Positions 38,275 through 52,559 of a DNA stretch of 64,000 bases are shown piece after piece. The notes under the pieces are model-generated. The model was not told where the DNA came from and did no database searches. It saw only the letters and a list, made by a program, of their open reading frames with translations. The stretch spans positions 101,742,001 through 101,806,000 of the forward strand of contig NC_043002.1 in NCBI RefSeq assembly GCF_006345805.1. Reading direction: 5' to 3'. Within the stretch, counting starts at the first letter, position 1; each line of letters opens with the position of its first letter. Source of the DNA: Octopus sinensis (taxonomy: Eukaryota). Made by a program: the position numbers and the translations under genes.

Positions 38275-40356
38275 AGCTGCTGCTGCTAATACTAATCCCA
38301 CGATAACGACTGCCATCACCGACGCTATTATCATTATTATTGCCACTAATATCATTAGTAGTAAAAGTAGTAGTAGTAATAGTAGAAGCAGTGGTGGTGG
38401 TAGTAGTAATAGTAGTAGCAGTATTGATGACGATGATAATGATGATGATGGTAATGAAAATAATAATAATGCATTCATGATAATAATTGGTGACTTACGA
38501 TAAGATCAAGGAAACATAAACGGAAGCGATAAAACGGATATCTGAGTTAAAAAAAGTAAAAAAAAAACGAAGTCGTAAAAAGAAAAAAAGAAAACAAAAG
38601 AAAACCGAGCATGAATTAAAAAAAAACAAAAAGAAAACCCCGTTCAATCCCGTCGTAAATTGTCCACAATGTATTAAAGTGATAACAATAATAATAAGAA
38701 TCTGATCGATAATAATAATAATAATAATGATAATGTTTAGACAGATATAAGAGAAGGTAGGAGAGAGGGAGAGAATGAGGATGGGGATTGAGAGAGACAG
38801 GGTGAAAGAGGAGGAGGGTTAGAGGTGGGGGGAAAAGAGATAAAGCAAATAATTAAATAAATCATTAAAATGGATTTAGAAGAAAACAAAAAAGATAAAG
38901 ATAGAGAGAAAGAGAGAGAAAGAATGAGAGAGAGAGAGAGTGAGAGAGAAGGAAATAAAATGGCTGCCCATCTGTTGGCAAACTTTTTTTAGTCTTCCAT
39001 TTAATGTTTCTTTTTAAAAGCATTCACTGAGATTTAGTCTCGACTTTCTTTATCAACATCACAATAACACTCATCATCGTTGTCATCATCATCATCAACC
39101 TCATCGGCATCGCCGCTGTTATCATCATCATCACCACCATCCACATTAAGCCTGTTCTCTCTCTATCTCTCTCCCTCTTTCTCTCCCACCACATCTTGCC
39201 TCGTTGTCGGTGTTGGGGCTGAGTCCTACAAATAAAAATGTTTCATCGGGGTTGAAGTGACTTTAAAAATCAAAATTTTTTTCTTACCAAAAAAAAATAA
39301 AAAATAACGAACGAGATGCAAAGGAGATAAAAACTTGGATGTTTTTTTGTTGTTACTTAATTTTTCTTTTTTTCAAAATTTAATTATTTTTATTACTTCT
39401 GATTTTTGTATGTTTTAAAATATATTTCCTACGAGAATGTCAGCCAAAATCGGTTTGAAATTATTTTATTTCTTTCATGATTTTCTTGAAAATCCTCGAC
39501 ACAAAAACTTGGTTTTAAGTCCCAAGTATTTGTTGGTCAACATTCAAAATACTTCTTTTGCCATTTCGACTTAATTGAAGAACCGAAACTATCCCAACTG
39601 AATATTGTATGTATTTAACCAAAAACGTATAACCTAAAAAAAGAAAAAAGGTCATAGAAATACACTTTCACAGGTTTTCAATATGAAGATATGAGTTAAA
39701 CCATTAGTGTTATCTTGTCAAACATTTTCAGAGCATTTTTCTCGAAACTAATTTCAGATTTAGAGAGTTTTCTAGTCTCAGTAAAAACACATATCAAATA
39801 AATACTAACTACAAGAGCAAAATAATTCCAGACGGTTAAAGCCCGTTATTGTTCAGATAAATTGATAAAAATTGCTCTATAAAATGTAGACCATCGAAAC
39901 CAGGCGATTTGTCTCTTGTGCAAATCCTTACTATCTTTCGTATTTCAGTTGCTGCTAATTATCCATCACACTGAAGACCATAATCATCTCCGACCAATCC
40001 CTCGCTAGTAACAGTCAAGGAAAATGCTGCTGAAACACCGAACACATCTTCGAACTGAACAGAACGATTACGTCCTTGTCCAGCAAAACCCAGATTTCGG
40101 TTCTGTTGCCACGTCATTCCCCCAACACTGAAACAAATTTCATTCTCTATTGTTTTAGCATACGAATCCTCGTTCCGACAACGCAACAAATGTCTTTCAC
40201 TCGCAAGAAATTATTCAGAGCCATTCTTACCACTAACCATGCCAGTTAGGATGAATTTGCTATTCGGCTCTTTTAACTTGGTAATTAGCTCTCTATACTA
40301 TTTTATTTATATTTTACCCATTCTTTATTTAATGCTATCGACTCATATTTAATTAC

Positions 40357-40434
40357 CCTCTTCACAGCCTTAAGCACCTGATGTTGACGATTGTCACTTT
40401 GAACTGCCACTTGATTAACTTGCTGATCTGGTCC
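40357..40434 (-). CDS. Candidate internal exon (phase 0 to 0)
   Basis: Donor AGG|GTAATT, frame GPDQQVNQVAVQSDNRQHQVLKAVKR. Acceptor is ambiguous (40434, 40450 or 40471). Confidence 0.2.
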
Positions 40435-40539
40435 CTGTAGATTTTGCGTTCTGGAACAACGCATTCATGTTCTAGTAAAAAAGAGGTCCCTCTCTTGCGG
40501 TCCTATCTAAATCGAATGTACAAATCACAAATATGAGTC

Positions 40540-40760
40540 CTGTGTAGACGACCAGTTTATGTAGAAGGCCAGAAGTGTTAGGGAGGATATAGTCGATTAT
40601 ATAAATCGTAATACTTAACAGGAATTTTTATGTTGTTTTATCAATCACGGAAGGGCGAAATTCAAAGTTATCTCGAAATGATGTAAACTTAGGACTTAGA
40701 ACCGGAACGATTAATACATGACAACTTTTTCATGGCTTTAATAATTCTGCCAGATCTACC
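40540..40760 (-). mobile_element. Highly diverged SINE, head family 3
   Basis: AGAAGGCCAG...AGTCGATTATAT...GGCTTTAATAATTCTGCCAG pattern. Confidence 0.45.
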
Positions 40761-40854
40761 GTCACTTCTTGTATCACCAAAAGACTGAAAGAGAGCTCAT
40801 AGTCAGTCACAGAAAGAATGTAAGGCAAACTGGAACTCATAGTTATGGCTCTTT

Positions 40855-41290
40855 GAGGGTATGAAAAAAGTTCCTGGATGTTTAATGATGCAGTGATTAG
40901 TTATTTTCGTTTTTCTTCATCCTGTTATAAGAAACCAAGTGAGGATGCGCAAATACTTGTCACACACCTCTGTCAAGCATACTAATCTCCACCAGATAGT
41001 TCTTGTCTTGGAATCGTCTCTTTGTAAAAGAAGAAAACGCATTTGCTATTCCTTAGTTGACACTGTATGATTCCATTGGTTGGCAAAAGAAGTATGCATA
41101 TGTTTCTAATTGCCGCCGTTCTACACGTCATCTTTTGCGACATTTTCAGTCAGAAATTCGTTATTTTTTTCATGTTGTGAAATAAATATATCCTGCATCA
41201 GAATTCATATTTTCTTCAGTCTACTGTCTGCAAAAAAGTGTTTTGTTTTCACTCGAAATTTTTGAGGAGGCGTCTTAAAACTCTGCAGTC
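40855..41290 (-). mobile_element. Possible Tc1/mariner 3' remnant
   Basis: TIR-like GAGGGTATGAAAAAAGTTCCTGG and a decayed coding-like interior; no intact motif. Confidence 0.35.
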
Positions 41291-41675
41291 GTTTTATTTG
41301 TATACAAGTAGCAGAAACAAAAAAAGCCTCGCAAATTGATATATTTCTTTCTTTCAACCGAACCAGGGAGAATGGATGCAAATAGTCTCATTCCTACTTC
41401 ACTATTTATAAGTTTTGCAGTATAGAATTATTTTTCACATAGTTTCACTTTGTAATACTCCATGATGTATCGTGCAGAGCTAGACAGAGCAGTTTTATCG
41501 ATGTTAAAACAAGAAACAAACAAAACAAAACAATAGCAAAAATAATTAACGCTTCTGATTTAGGTAAAAGGCCAACAATTTTCATGCTAGAGGGTGAGAA
41601 CGCGTCTTTGATGGGTATTTTATTGATGAAGTCATGATATATTTGACCTCGGCTGCATTCGAACACTGAACATAC

Positions 41676-41734
41676 AGTTCCGGAGGTAATAACAGTTTTT
41701 GCCAGTTCGCCACCTTCATTAATAATAAGGAAAT
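41676..41734 (-). CDS. Candidate internal exon (phase 1 to 0)
   Basis: TTTTGTCAG|AT...GGAACT|GTATGT; frame (D)FLIINEGGELAKTVITSGT. Confidence 0.2.
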
Positions 41735-41869
41735 CTGACAAAATTACCAAAGTATGTATATATAAAATATAAAACTAGAGAGTAGAGACTGGAAGTGATT
41801 ATATAGGAAATATAAGGTTTCGACAAAGACAAATTCAATTCATAATAAGAATTTTATACAACAAAAAAA

Positions 41870-42131
41870 AATCCCGTCATATCGAATGTTAGAAAAGATG
41901 CGAGACTGAATAAGGAAGCCAAGATAAAGTCCTATAGTAATGAGGGAGACAGCACGTAGCATAGGTGAGCGTATAAATGAACACTGCAGAGAGCTCAAGG
42001 AGAAGTTCCCGTTAGTGTTTTACCAAGATGCTCAATTAGAAAATGGAGGATTGCTTAATAACAAACACGTTAAGTCATTATCAATGTGTAGAAAAGACAG
42101 GACTCTTAGATTGCAGAAGACACATAAATAG
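41870..42131 (+). mobile_element. Decayed GIY-YIG endonuclease fragment (Penelope-like)
   Basis: ETARSIGERINEH motif in ORF 41940-42131. Confidence 0.5.
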
Positions 42132-42134
42132 TAA

Positions 42135-42460
42135 GTAGTAGACAGACTGAGCTTCAAGATAAAACATGAATGTCTGTGGATCTTAAAATGTCTTTTGAGG
42201 CCTCCTTTAGACTTGCAGACCTTATGGCATACACGGCATCAAAAGGTGTGCACAGATGTACAGGCAAATTTGTTGGAGGAGGTTCATTTTTCATGGGATC
42301 GCAAATGAGATTTGAGTCCAGCAAGGCATGACCAGTCACAAACTGTGCACACAAAAAGATCACTGAGATTCACTTTCTCGATCGCAACATTCTTTTTTAG
42401 ATCTCTCTCGAATCTTGTATTTGTCATCCTGGCCTTCTCAAAAGCATTCACCCTACTCTA
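42135..42460 (-). mobile_element. RTE-clade LINE 3' remnant
   Basis: VNAFEKARM...FVCTVCDWSCLAGLKSHLRSHEK* (stop at 42284-42286), like the C-terminal C2H2-like motif of RTE elements. Confidence 0.65.
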
Positions 42461-43005
42461 CACTTTTGTTCACCATCCATCCAACACTCCATCCATACGT
42501 CCACCCACGTATCCATCTATATGTGGTGCACCTTGTACACCAGCATTAGGTCCCATCTGTCATGCTATAGCACCTGATCAGTTCACATTGGGAAATGCCA
42601 GAGGATATTGAAAGCCACCGTCTCTGCCATTCTCTGTGCTTTTCCCCTACCACATCTTGCTTCTCTCTAGCCCCCACAGTTTCCAATGCAGCACTTTTGC
42701 GATCTGGTCGTGTCGCCATAATTTGTAGTGGTTTGGGGCAAGTCTAGGACATTCGTTCGTGATATGGGCAATATTGATTGTTTTGAAATAATTCAGGTGA
42801 TAAAAGCTTCCAAGTCATTGCAGGTGTATGTATAATTGACCTAAATGCGATGTGTGTTCTGAATGGAGAGAAACTATATACCGAAAGTTGAGGTTCATTC
42901 AGTCTTGCATTCTATGAAATCGCTACAAATTGTTTTTTTAGCAACAGAGTTCATCAAATCATATCTTACGTTCTGTGCAAAGAGATGAACACATTGGTTA
43001 TTTAC

Positions 43006-43076
43006 CTTTATAAAGGAAAAAACGGTCAGGACTTGAGAGATTTGAGCTTAGATCTCGCTCGTAGGCTGAACTTGGC
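43006..43076 (-). CDS. Candidate internal exon (71 nt, phase 2 to 1)
   Basis: TTGTTGTTTTCATATAG|G...AAAG|GTAAAT; single open frame PSSAYERDLSSNLSSPDRFFLYK. Confidence 0.4.
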
Positions 43077-44970
43077 CTATATGAAAACAACAAAAGCATG
43101 ATTAAAACTAAAAAGAGGAATGTAAAATTTTCCCTTGACGATAGACGAGAGCAATTATGTGGAGGATGTGATATTGAAAATTTAGTCAATGGTACCTGTA
43201 ATATTTGCGTGTTACACATGCTCTTGATCTTTAGTCATCATGCTTTCATCGTTATTTTTAAACCTCCGAGTGAGCCTTGATCAAAGATACATATCCTCGA
43301 AGGTTAGTTTCCTTTCATAATGTGCTTGGACAGGATTTTATGAAGATTTGGTCCCTATTTTGCTCAATATTACGGTTCTGATATTGATACAGTAGGCTCA
43401 GTAAAATTTGAACTCACAGTGTGGAAGTCACTAAATAATTACTGTATCATCTTTAATGGAGATTTTTCTGCCACCATTTTCCCGTTTAATTAGTGGGAGA
43501 GATTATCACCAATGACATTTCAGAGTTCTTTTTTCCAAAAACTCTGCACAAAGGTCCGCTCGTTTTCCGGTTATGGCTTTTGTGGTGGTCATAGTGGTTG
43601 TGTAGCGATCTGGTGTTGTTTATTCTCATGTCAGTTTTTCGGCAGCACACAGATTATGATCAAAGCTCTTCACCTATGACCATACCGTCATTTGTCCAAT
43701 TTAATGGAACCCCAGACAATATTATCTAATTGATTCTTCTGTAAGACGACTCGTTTCTGGTTTAGGAGTAATTTGTTTTGATATTTATAGCAAAACTAAA
43801 GAGTACATCGATTCTCACACGTCCATTTCGCGTGGGATTTTATGAAAGCACTTAGAAAATATCGCGTTCATGCCTTTACCAAGAAAATATTAAGCTGAAG
43901 CGTAAAGGGATTGTTTCGAGGCGGGACTGAAACCTCGTCACATATTCCGTTTCGTATTTCTGTTCTCGATGATTTACCTCCTGTCCCACCGCACCTCGCC
44001 CTTATCTACCAAAGAAATATTAATAACCAACGAGATCTAAAATATAAAAGTATTTCTCTAAATATTAACCACGATCAACACCAGCCACCCCAATCTACCC
44101 CATTACTTCCGCTTTCATTTCGTGTTTGTAGCTGGAAAATCTTGCGCTGATAACCTGCGGATGGTTTGGACTTCCAATGGATCAATGACTGTTGGAAGAA
44201 GTAGCAGCAAAAGAGAAGAAGGGGAGAAGTTGTGAGAGGGGGAAATGAGAATGTGAGTTATAAGGGTTGTTCGATGGAGATGAATGAGAAAACGAAATAA
44301 AAAGCTATGATGATGATGATGATGGGATAAGATTAAAGAAACGTAGTGGAAGGAAAGAATTAAAAAAGACATGTGACTAACGGGAAAATAGTGATGTGCT
44401 GTGAGTTTTAATAAGGTGGTGGTTACGGTAGTGGAAGCTACGTCTGAAGGTTTACTATCTGAAGAATATTCGAGCGATGAAGTGATGGATGTAAGGACAA
44501 GAAGAAAAAAAAGCGCTTATTGTCGAAGAAAAGGAAGAAAATAGAGTAGGATTCAGCGGGAGAGAGGGAAAAATGAGGCTGGAGGATGATTGAATTAATA
44601 CGAAAATATAGAGAGTATATGATTTGGCTTTAAACAATGGGTGTGTTAGTTTGGAGCTTATTTTGCATGACGAGGTCTATTACTGGTATTGACATGACGG
44701 TATATAAGCGAGTGAAAACTCCATGTAAACTCTTCTCTAAGAAGATGATAAATAAATGTGCAAATATCGGCATACGTAAAAGTATGGGAAAACGTCTACG
44801 CTTTAAAATCCATGGGTCCAGATATGACCCGAACAACGAGAAACATTGGCCAAGTGTCTTCTAGCATCCAGATAGACAAAAATTTGCGAATGGTATAGAA
44901 GAGATTGAAATATTACATAAACATGTTTTGTATGTGTGTTTATCTTTCTGTGTGCATGTAAATGTGTGGT

Positions 44971-45007
<37 letters not shown>

Positions 45008-45018
45008 TATATATATAG

Positions 45019-45398
45019 GAACTCCGTCGGTTACGACGACGAGAGTTCCAGTTAATCCGATCACCGGGACAGTCTACTCATGAAATTAACGTGCAAGTGG
45101 TTGAGTACTCCACAGACACGTGTACCCTTAACGTAGTTCTCGGGGGAGATTCAAAGTGATACAGAGTGTGACAAGGTTGGTCCTTTTCAAATGCAGGTAC
45201 AACAGAAACAGGAAGAAAGTGTGAGAGAAAGTTATGTTGGAAGAGTACGGCAGGGTTCGTCACAACCCCCTGCCAGAGCCTCGTGGAGTTTTAGGTGTTT
45301 TCGCTCAATAAACTCTCACAACGCCCAGTCTGGGAATCGAAACAGCGATCCTATGACCGAGAGTCCACTGCCTTCACCACTGGGTCATAGCGCCACCA
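45019..45398 (-). mobile_element. tRNA-derived SINE, head family 1, tail type B (diverged)
   Basis: Same head as 1073-1378, but the tail ...GTCGTAACCGACGGAGT is shared with 51839-52218 and 59759-60148. Confidence 0.85.
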
Positions 45399-45982
45399 CA
45401 CACATACACACACATATGCATATGTAGGTATATGCATACACTATACTCATATTTATGAGTATAGTTGCACACACACACACAAACACACACACACATATAT
45501 AGTTTCCTTTTCTTCTTTTATTTGTTTCAGTGTTGTGGCTGCAGTCATACTGGAGCACCACAGTGATTTTGGAATTTTACATATTCTTCTATGGCTGTTT
45601 TTTTCATCGTGGCCATATTTCATGTCATCAGTCTCGTACGCGCTCTTTCATGGCTGTTGAGCCATTTGGTGTATGAGGGAGATTCAGGCTGCTTTTCTCA
45701 CCCGTACCTCATTCCGCTCCAATGCTTGTTTTTCTGGTATTATGTAGCTTTCTTAATTTCTTTTGGCAGAGTATTAAAAAGTGATGGGCCTTTGTAACCT
45801 AAAGGAATGCAGTACCTGTCCCTGACATTAAATGAGTGGACAATGCGTCTAATGTGGACAACGGGACAATACGATGCGTCCAATTAGGGAATTGGTATAA
45901 CACATGATGCCGAAAGTAGGTAACAACCCGTCCAGAATTGTGCATATGTAGATTATTACATATATATCGAAGTTTTTTTCAG

Positions 45983-46106
45983 CTTCTCTTTGCCGCTCGT
46001 CTGCTGCATTGTTACAGTGATTTTAATGTATTGGCATTGGATTGCCTCCTTGCTCCACCGTTTCTTTGGCACTATGTGGGGAGCACAGATGAGTGCTATG
46101 GCCCAA
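45983..46106 (+). CDS. Isolated candidate exon, hydrophobic (TM-like) peptide
   Basis: TTTTTTTCAG|C...CCCAA|GTATGT; FSLPLVCCIVTVILMYWHWIASLLHRFFGTMWGAQMSAMAQ. No partner exons identified. Confidence 0.15.
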
Positions 46107-47143
46107 GTATGTGAGAACAAATCTACTGAATATTCATTCATATAGATGCATCTGGTTATGTATACGTGTATTTGTATATGTATATACATATACAATCATT
46201 CGTACTCACACACACATATGTATGTGTATATATGTGAGTAGGTATATGCATTGCTCAACGATTACAACTCATAAGTTTGGGAATATAGTCAGTTTCAAAT
46301 ATTGAGTAGAGTTTGTAGATTTTGATAAATGCCAAATATTGCCGAATTGTTATTTTCAGCTCCACGCAGCCTTTTACTGACGCTATTAACAAAAAGAAAG
46401 AACATCACAATTTATTTATAAATTATCTCGTTGCTTCCCTTCAACCGTTGGAATAATTAGTAACGCGTATCTCAGAGAAGTGATTCAACGGAAAATCCGT
46501 AAGTTTTACTTCCGTCGGAGAGTATAAATAAAATAAGCTACCAGTGGAATTTAGGATACAGCCTTTATTCCATAGTTTACAATTATTTCAACAACTGAAG
46601 GTGAGCTACAACACATCATGCACATAGTCATCGATGATAATATGAAATACTTAGTCATGCATATCATGTAATGAATATTCAGAGACAGAACAGGATGTTA
46701 TTTCTTCAGAATCGATTCATTATTCAATCGGCACCGACGAAAAAAAAACTAACGGTGGTGTTACGTATGCACGACGTAATCATCATTCTTCTCAATGTCT
46801 ATAGATATGATGTATAACTGGTCACCTCCACCTGTCGAAACAATCGTGTGCCACAGGCGATATACATTACCACTGCTCTTCACTTATTACTTATGCCTGT
46901 GCGTGCGTGTATGTATATGCAAAGAAACGCTACACACAGTGAAAGATAATCATAGAGTCATAACAAAGAAAACAGAGAGGAGGCAGAGAAGGCAAAAGCA
47001 CAGGGTGCGCATGGGAGGATTCATACAAAAGGAAAATTTAACTTATTCGATTATATATCAAAGTAAAATATCTTTTTCATTTGAACATTTATATTAATTT
47101 TATAATTTTTTATGAGCACAAGGGACAGTGCTGAAAGTTTCAG

Positions 47144-47190
<47 letters not shown>

Positions 47191-47191
<1 letters not shown>

Positions 47192-47605
47192 TACTCTTTA
47201 CTCTTTTACTCTGTTACTTGTTTCAGTCATTTGACTGCGGCCATGCTGGAGCACCGCCTTTAGTCGACCAAATCGACCCCGGGACTTATTCTTTGTAAGC
47301 CCAGTACTTATTCTATCGGTCTCTTTCGCCGAACCGCTAAGTGACGGGGACGTAAGCACACCAGCATCGGTTGTCAAGCAATGCTAGGGGGACAAACACA
47401 GACACACAAGCACACACAGACACACATATATATATACATATATACGACAGGCTTCTTTCAGTTTCCGTCTACCAAGTCCACTCACAAGACTTTGGTCGGC
47501 CCGGGGCTATAGCAGAAGACACTTGCCCAAGATGCCACGCAGTGGGACTGAACCCGGAACCATGTGGTTGGTTAGCAAGTTACTTACCACACAGCCACTC
47601 CTATG
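47191..47605 (-). mobile_element. Bipartite SINE, head family 2, near full length
   Basis: Head, internal (TA/TG)n and a tail ending in (AAAAGAGT)n tandem repeats. Confidence 0.9.
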
Positions 47606-47714
47606 AGCAATTAAAGAAGGAAAATGTACACACTTTACATAGTTTTAAGATAACTTTTAATAAATCTTGTATTGTGTTTGTCGATTGGTTTTGTTTCGGC
47701 TATTCATCAGAAGG

Positions 47715-47900
47715 GTCTCTCCAGTTTTGAGCCGCTATTTCTAAAGATTGGGACACAGCTCTGATACTTAGGACATGTGATTAGAACGTCACAGGAAAGA
47801 ATAGTAAGGCAGATCCTTGAGGCGGAGCCAACCGTCAGTAGTTCAAGGAGTAGATGAAGACCGAGGTGGTTGGATGATATCCAACCCATCTCGGCCTCAT
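47715..47900 (+). mobile_element. RTE-clade LINE C-terminal remnant
   Basis: QL*YLGHVIRTSQERIVRQILEAEPTVSSSRSR*RPRWLDDIQ. Confidence 0.75.
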
Positions 47901-49218
47901 TTGGTCATGCTGGGGAATCCAAATGGAAAGTGTAGTGACAGTTGGTTCTGATAGGACACTAATCGAGGAAATGTCATAGAACTTTACTTCCATGACACTC
48001 CCCCCTCTCCAGGAAAAGTGGACAGAGAAAACGGTTAGAATGGAAAGTTTGAAGAAAGACACAGAGGTTGTGAGAATGCATAACTGATGGAAATGGAACA
48101 AGAACTTTTTATATAGACTCTGTAAGAATAAAAACAGAGTTGATCACGACGGAATTGGAACTCAGAACATTGCTGAATGCTACTCGGCTGTCCAACCAAC
48201 GTTCTAACGATTCTGTCAATCCACCAACGCGTAATAATGTCGAAAACGATAATATTAAAAGCAAAAATTCTGCGGCTAAAAGAAGGTTGGTGGAGGTGTT
48301 ATACAAATATAATATAAAATAAAATTAAAAAAACACATTACCGAGAAAGAAGAAACAAATAAAAAAAAACAGAACCAGTAAAAAAAGGAAGAGGAAGAGG
48401 TAGAGCAAGAACGAGATTAAGACGAAACGACTGAATGGAAAAGGAAGAGGAAAAAAGATAGAGAAGAAGAAAAAAAGTATTAAGATAAAACGAAGGGAAT
48501 TACACAGGACGCATGGGTAAAAGAAGGTTAAAAATTCCGTTAGTAACGAGGAAGATAAAACTGTAAGAGAAAGAATGAGACAGAGTATGAGCCATTGAGA
48601 GAATAGGGAGGGAAAAAACGAAGTGATTAGAAAGAGGCTAGCAGAAAATACTAATAATACTAATAACAATAACCAAAGGATGAGAGAAAATAAGAAAAAA
48701 AACACAAACAAAAACGATTACAAAGATTTTTATTTTATTTTTTCTTTAGCCATAAAATCTTGATTTTCAGTGGTTGTTAGTTTTTTTTTTTTGTTGTTTT
48801 TTTGTAACATTACAGAATCAAAGTTTATGGATGTTAATGGAGGCCACCTGGGATAAGATTGCTGTTTTGTCTTAAAAGAATCATCTCTTTTTTGCAACCA
48901 TTCTTCATCCTTTATAGTCCTTGTTATATGGCATAATGGCTGTTGGTTCAAGACGTCATGAGTTGCGTTTTCTATTTTCGTTTTTATCTTTTTCGTTTTT
49001 TTCATAATCCTACAGCAATATTGTGAAACAGTCAACGGTTTCGAAAAGGATTAATGATTTATAAACAACTAAAGAATGACGCATAAAATAAAACCTGTTA
49101 TCGGGTATTTACTGAAAGATTAAGCGTATACAATATTTGTTTAACAAATATTTATTTTATATCATCACACGTCGTCGTTTCCTGTAGAGTTTTATCTCAC
49201 AATGTTAATAAACGAATC

Positions 49219-49250
<32 letters not shown>

Positions 49251-50976
49251 CAAAACCCCTTTAAAGTATAAGTATTGTTTAGATTTATTTAGTTGTTAAT
49301 TTTTGTTTTTAAATAAAATTGGTTTCAATCCTGGATCTAAATTAGTTGTAATAGAAATTAATAAAACTGGTCATTCTTTGACGATAATCGTACGTTTATC
49401 GATTCCTTATTTTAGAATCAAGCTGTTGTATAATGGCCTGAAACTAATTTTCAATATCCTTCGTATTGAGAAGATCATAATGGCTCAATCAACTAGAAAA
49501 TGTCCATATTTTCTAACATCTCCTGCTCTTTCTATACTATTTCAATCCCCTTAACTGGCTCAAATATTCACTTAATATAATTTTTAACATTTAAAAAAAA
49601 AATATTTTCTTTTAATTTTTCAGTTCCGTAGCATAGCGAACATCTGTCTATCATTTTCTCGAACGATCCCATATCCTGATACATTATTGAGGCTTAAATA
49701 GCCTACTTTTGGTCTTTATATAAGAATAATTCAACCGAACGACGTTCAGTTTCATGACTACAGTTTCATATTAACGAGACATATTAATCTAAGTGTTACT
49801 ATTACAATACTATGCAGAATCCATTATAAAATGTTCCGTGTTTCTTTAACGAAGTAACCATCATAGAACGTTATACTCTGCTATATTTCACGACCCAATA
49901 AACATACGATGCTTCAGTTTTTATTTTTTGAACCGATTTTCCTGATTCGGTCTACCACTTATCTACCCGATCAGTTGTTTATCTTTATAGGGTCTGGCTT
50001 CTCTGTCGATCAAAATGCTGCCAACATTTTTCCGATGATATACTATAATCCACAAAAAGAAATAAGTTTTATAAAGTAGACGTATATATCCTAACTGATG
50101 TGATGGTCAAAGTTGGAATCCCATTAGTCAGAGGTCTGCTCCATCAGACAGTACAAGAGTTATATAACAAAGGAATTAGAATGACATAATTTCTTTAGTT
50201 TTTTTCTTCGGTGGGGGTGGGGGAGGGTGGCGCTAACGACGAATATGTCATATAAAGTGGGTGAGCTGAATTCATGTATCGATTTGGTTTCGGATAAAAG
50301 ATTGGTTCTTGGGAAGATTGCAAAAAGAATTCGACTCTTTTTGTTTAAAAATTCAACGACAGGATTAGAATGCCGCACCGTATGATATGACTGTATGATG
50401 CTACTAAGTGATACTAAACGGTAAATGGTGCTACAACTCGTTCGCTTATTAATATTTCCATTGTTTTGTATTTATCCTCTCAAATGAATCGTCGTTTGAT
50501 GAGGAGAAAAAGTTTTCCCATTTGCCTTTCTCCCCTGGGAATCGATGCTGCTTATAATGTGAACTTTCCCTTAAAGGGACTTGAAACAGTGTCAGGTTAT
50601 GGAGGTTTCTAAAATTACACTTTCCCTTATAATATTTGTTTCTTTGACATTTTTTTCTAATTATAATTTATCTTTATGAGAAAAATCAGCGCCCATAATA
50701 ATTCTTTTTTTATGGAAGGATGGGAGGAATTTTATCCTCATCCAGAAAAAAACTGCCCTAAATGCTTTCACAGAATGGACTCAGTTAAACACACAAAAAT
50801 AAATATATTCACCACAAAACGCTCTATCAGACGCAGCTTCCACAAATTTCCATCAATAAATTTTCGCTTCCGCATTAGTTGATGGAGGTTCGGTCAGTGA
50901 ACCTTACAATATCCCGGTATGTAATAAAACGTGAATCACTTAACTGCAGAGTCATATTTTCATCACAATGTCTTAC

Positions 50977-51033
50977 CTTTCGTCATCGCCAAGGATCCTA
51001 ATAATCGTTATGTGGTGGCTCTCATACTTTCCT
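50977..51033 (-). CDS. Candidate internal exon (57 nt, phase 2 to 2)
   Basis: CTAATGTTTTAG|A...GAAAG|GTAAGA, strong sites; single open frame GKYESHHITIIRILGDDE. Confidence 0.4.
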
Positions 51034-51541
51034 CTAAAACATTAGTAATAAATAGAAAGGGAAATAGCTTAACAACGAAGAAAACCAAATTTCGAAACCG
51101 TGAAGCCAGGATCTTGTCGAATTATCAGCAACGCCTGCTTAATATGGGTACCGGAACTATCATGAGTGTCCGATCCAAGGAGGAAGGGTGTATAAGCTAG
51201 TTATCTCAGCTAGAAATAGCAACCAAATCGTCTTCAAATCAAACTCTACCCTCCTGAAAAATAGAAGGACACATGATTATTTAGTTCTAGATACTGCTAA
51301 AAACGGGACGGTCACAAATAGAATGACTTGAACATAGATTTACTGAATCAGAATTGACCAGTGGTTAAATAATAGCAACAACATCCTGGTACAACGGCTT
51401 AGGCTTTAAGGAAAATATAATAATAGCGTTTGGAATCAAATATTAGAAGTTCGATTCGTGAGCACATTCAGCATAACCACTTTTTTTTTGTGTGAACCGC
51501 ATTAGCTAACTCGACATGATAGAAATAACAGCAAACTTTAC

Positions 51542-51593
51542 CTTATATGATACATTTCTGTATTTCGTGTCATTTTAACAGCCGATATTCCTG
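51542..51593 (-). CDS. Candidate internal exon (52 nt, phase 1 to 2)
   Basis: TATTTCAG|CAG...ATAAG|GTAAAG; frame GISAVKMTRNTEMYHI. Confidence 0.3.
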
Positions 51594-51838
51594 CTGAAAT
51601 ATTTGTGTGTCGTATGTCGCCATAATCACAGTAGACATACCACAACATAAAAAAAAAAAGCAAAATCGACAATTAGAAATGGTAAACATTGAAGTTTCTA
51701 GTTCCTTCCAATGGTTATACAGACATTAAGGTATACTTAAATGGTCAGAGAATCAAAACACTATTGTAATCTCAAATGTTCAAAACAATATTTCATAAGT
51801 CCTGATCTTGCCTTCAAGTATGTATTTCTAAGTAAAGT

Positions 51839-52218
51839 GGAGGCGCAATGGCCCAGTGGTTAAGGCAGCGGACTCGCGGTCATAGGATCGGGGTTTCGAT
51901 TCCCAGACCGGGCGTTGTGAGTGTTTATTGAGCGAAAACACCTAAAGCTCCACGAGGCTCCGGCAGGGGATGGTGGTGATCCCTGCTGTACTCTTTCACC
52001 ACAACTTTCTCTCACTCTTACTTCCTGTTTCTGTTGTACCCGTATTTCAAAGGGCCGGCCTTGTCACTCTCTGTCACGCTGAATATCCCGAGAACTATGT
52101 TAAGGGTACACGTGTCTGTGGAGTGCTCAGCCACTTACACGTTAATTTCACGAGCAGGCTGTTCCGTTGATTCCGATCAACCGGGACCCTCAACGTCGTA
52201 ACCGACGGAGTGCTTCCA
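51839..52218 (+). mobile_element. tRNA-derived SINE, head family 1, tail type B, with 12-bp TSD
   Basis: TCTAAGTAAAGT at 51827-51838 and 52219-52230. Confidence 0.92.
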
Positions 52219-52559
52219 TCTAAGTAAAGTTCCGAACAATGAATGAGTAATATAGCCACTTGAGTTGAAGACGCAGTCACTAAACATATCCAGTAACAAA
52301 AGAAACAAAACTGAATATTTGGTTCTCCCCAGTTTTAGACAATAAGTAACTGAAACCAAAGCAATCCCGTATTAATACGCGTTAACATTATCGACGCAAA
52401 CCACATTATTGAATGTATTGCAATCTTCAGAACAAGGCAATATGTCATCTCCTAAAAGAGGTTGACTTTGTAAAAGGTTCGAGTGGGACCCATAATTTAA
52501 TATTGGTCCTACACCTGGGATGGCACATTACCTTCTGACGGAGCCGCGTGGAACTTAGG

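Noticed and set aside
42154-42363. Exon-like ORF (GHALLDSNLICDP...)
   Set aside because: It is an alternative frame of an RTE LINE C-terminus.
47685-47715. Minus-strand CUGAUGA...GAAAC motif
   Set aside because: No stem II, I or III pairing; it lies at the junction of an RTE remnant.
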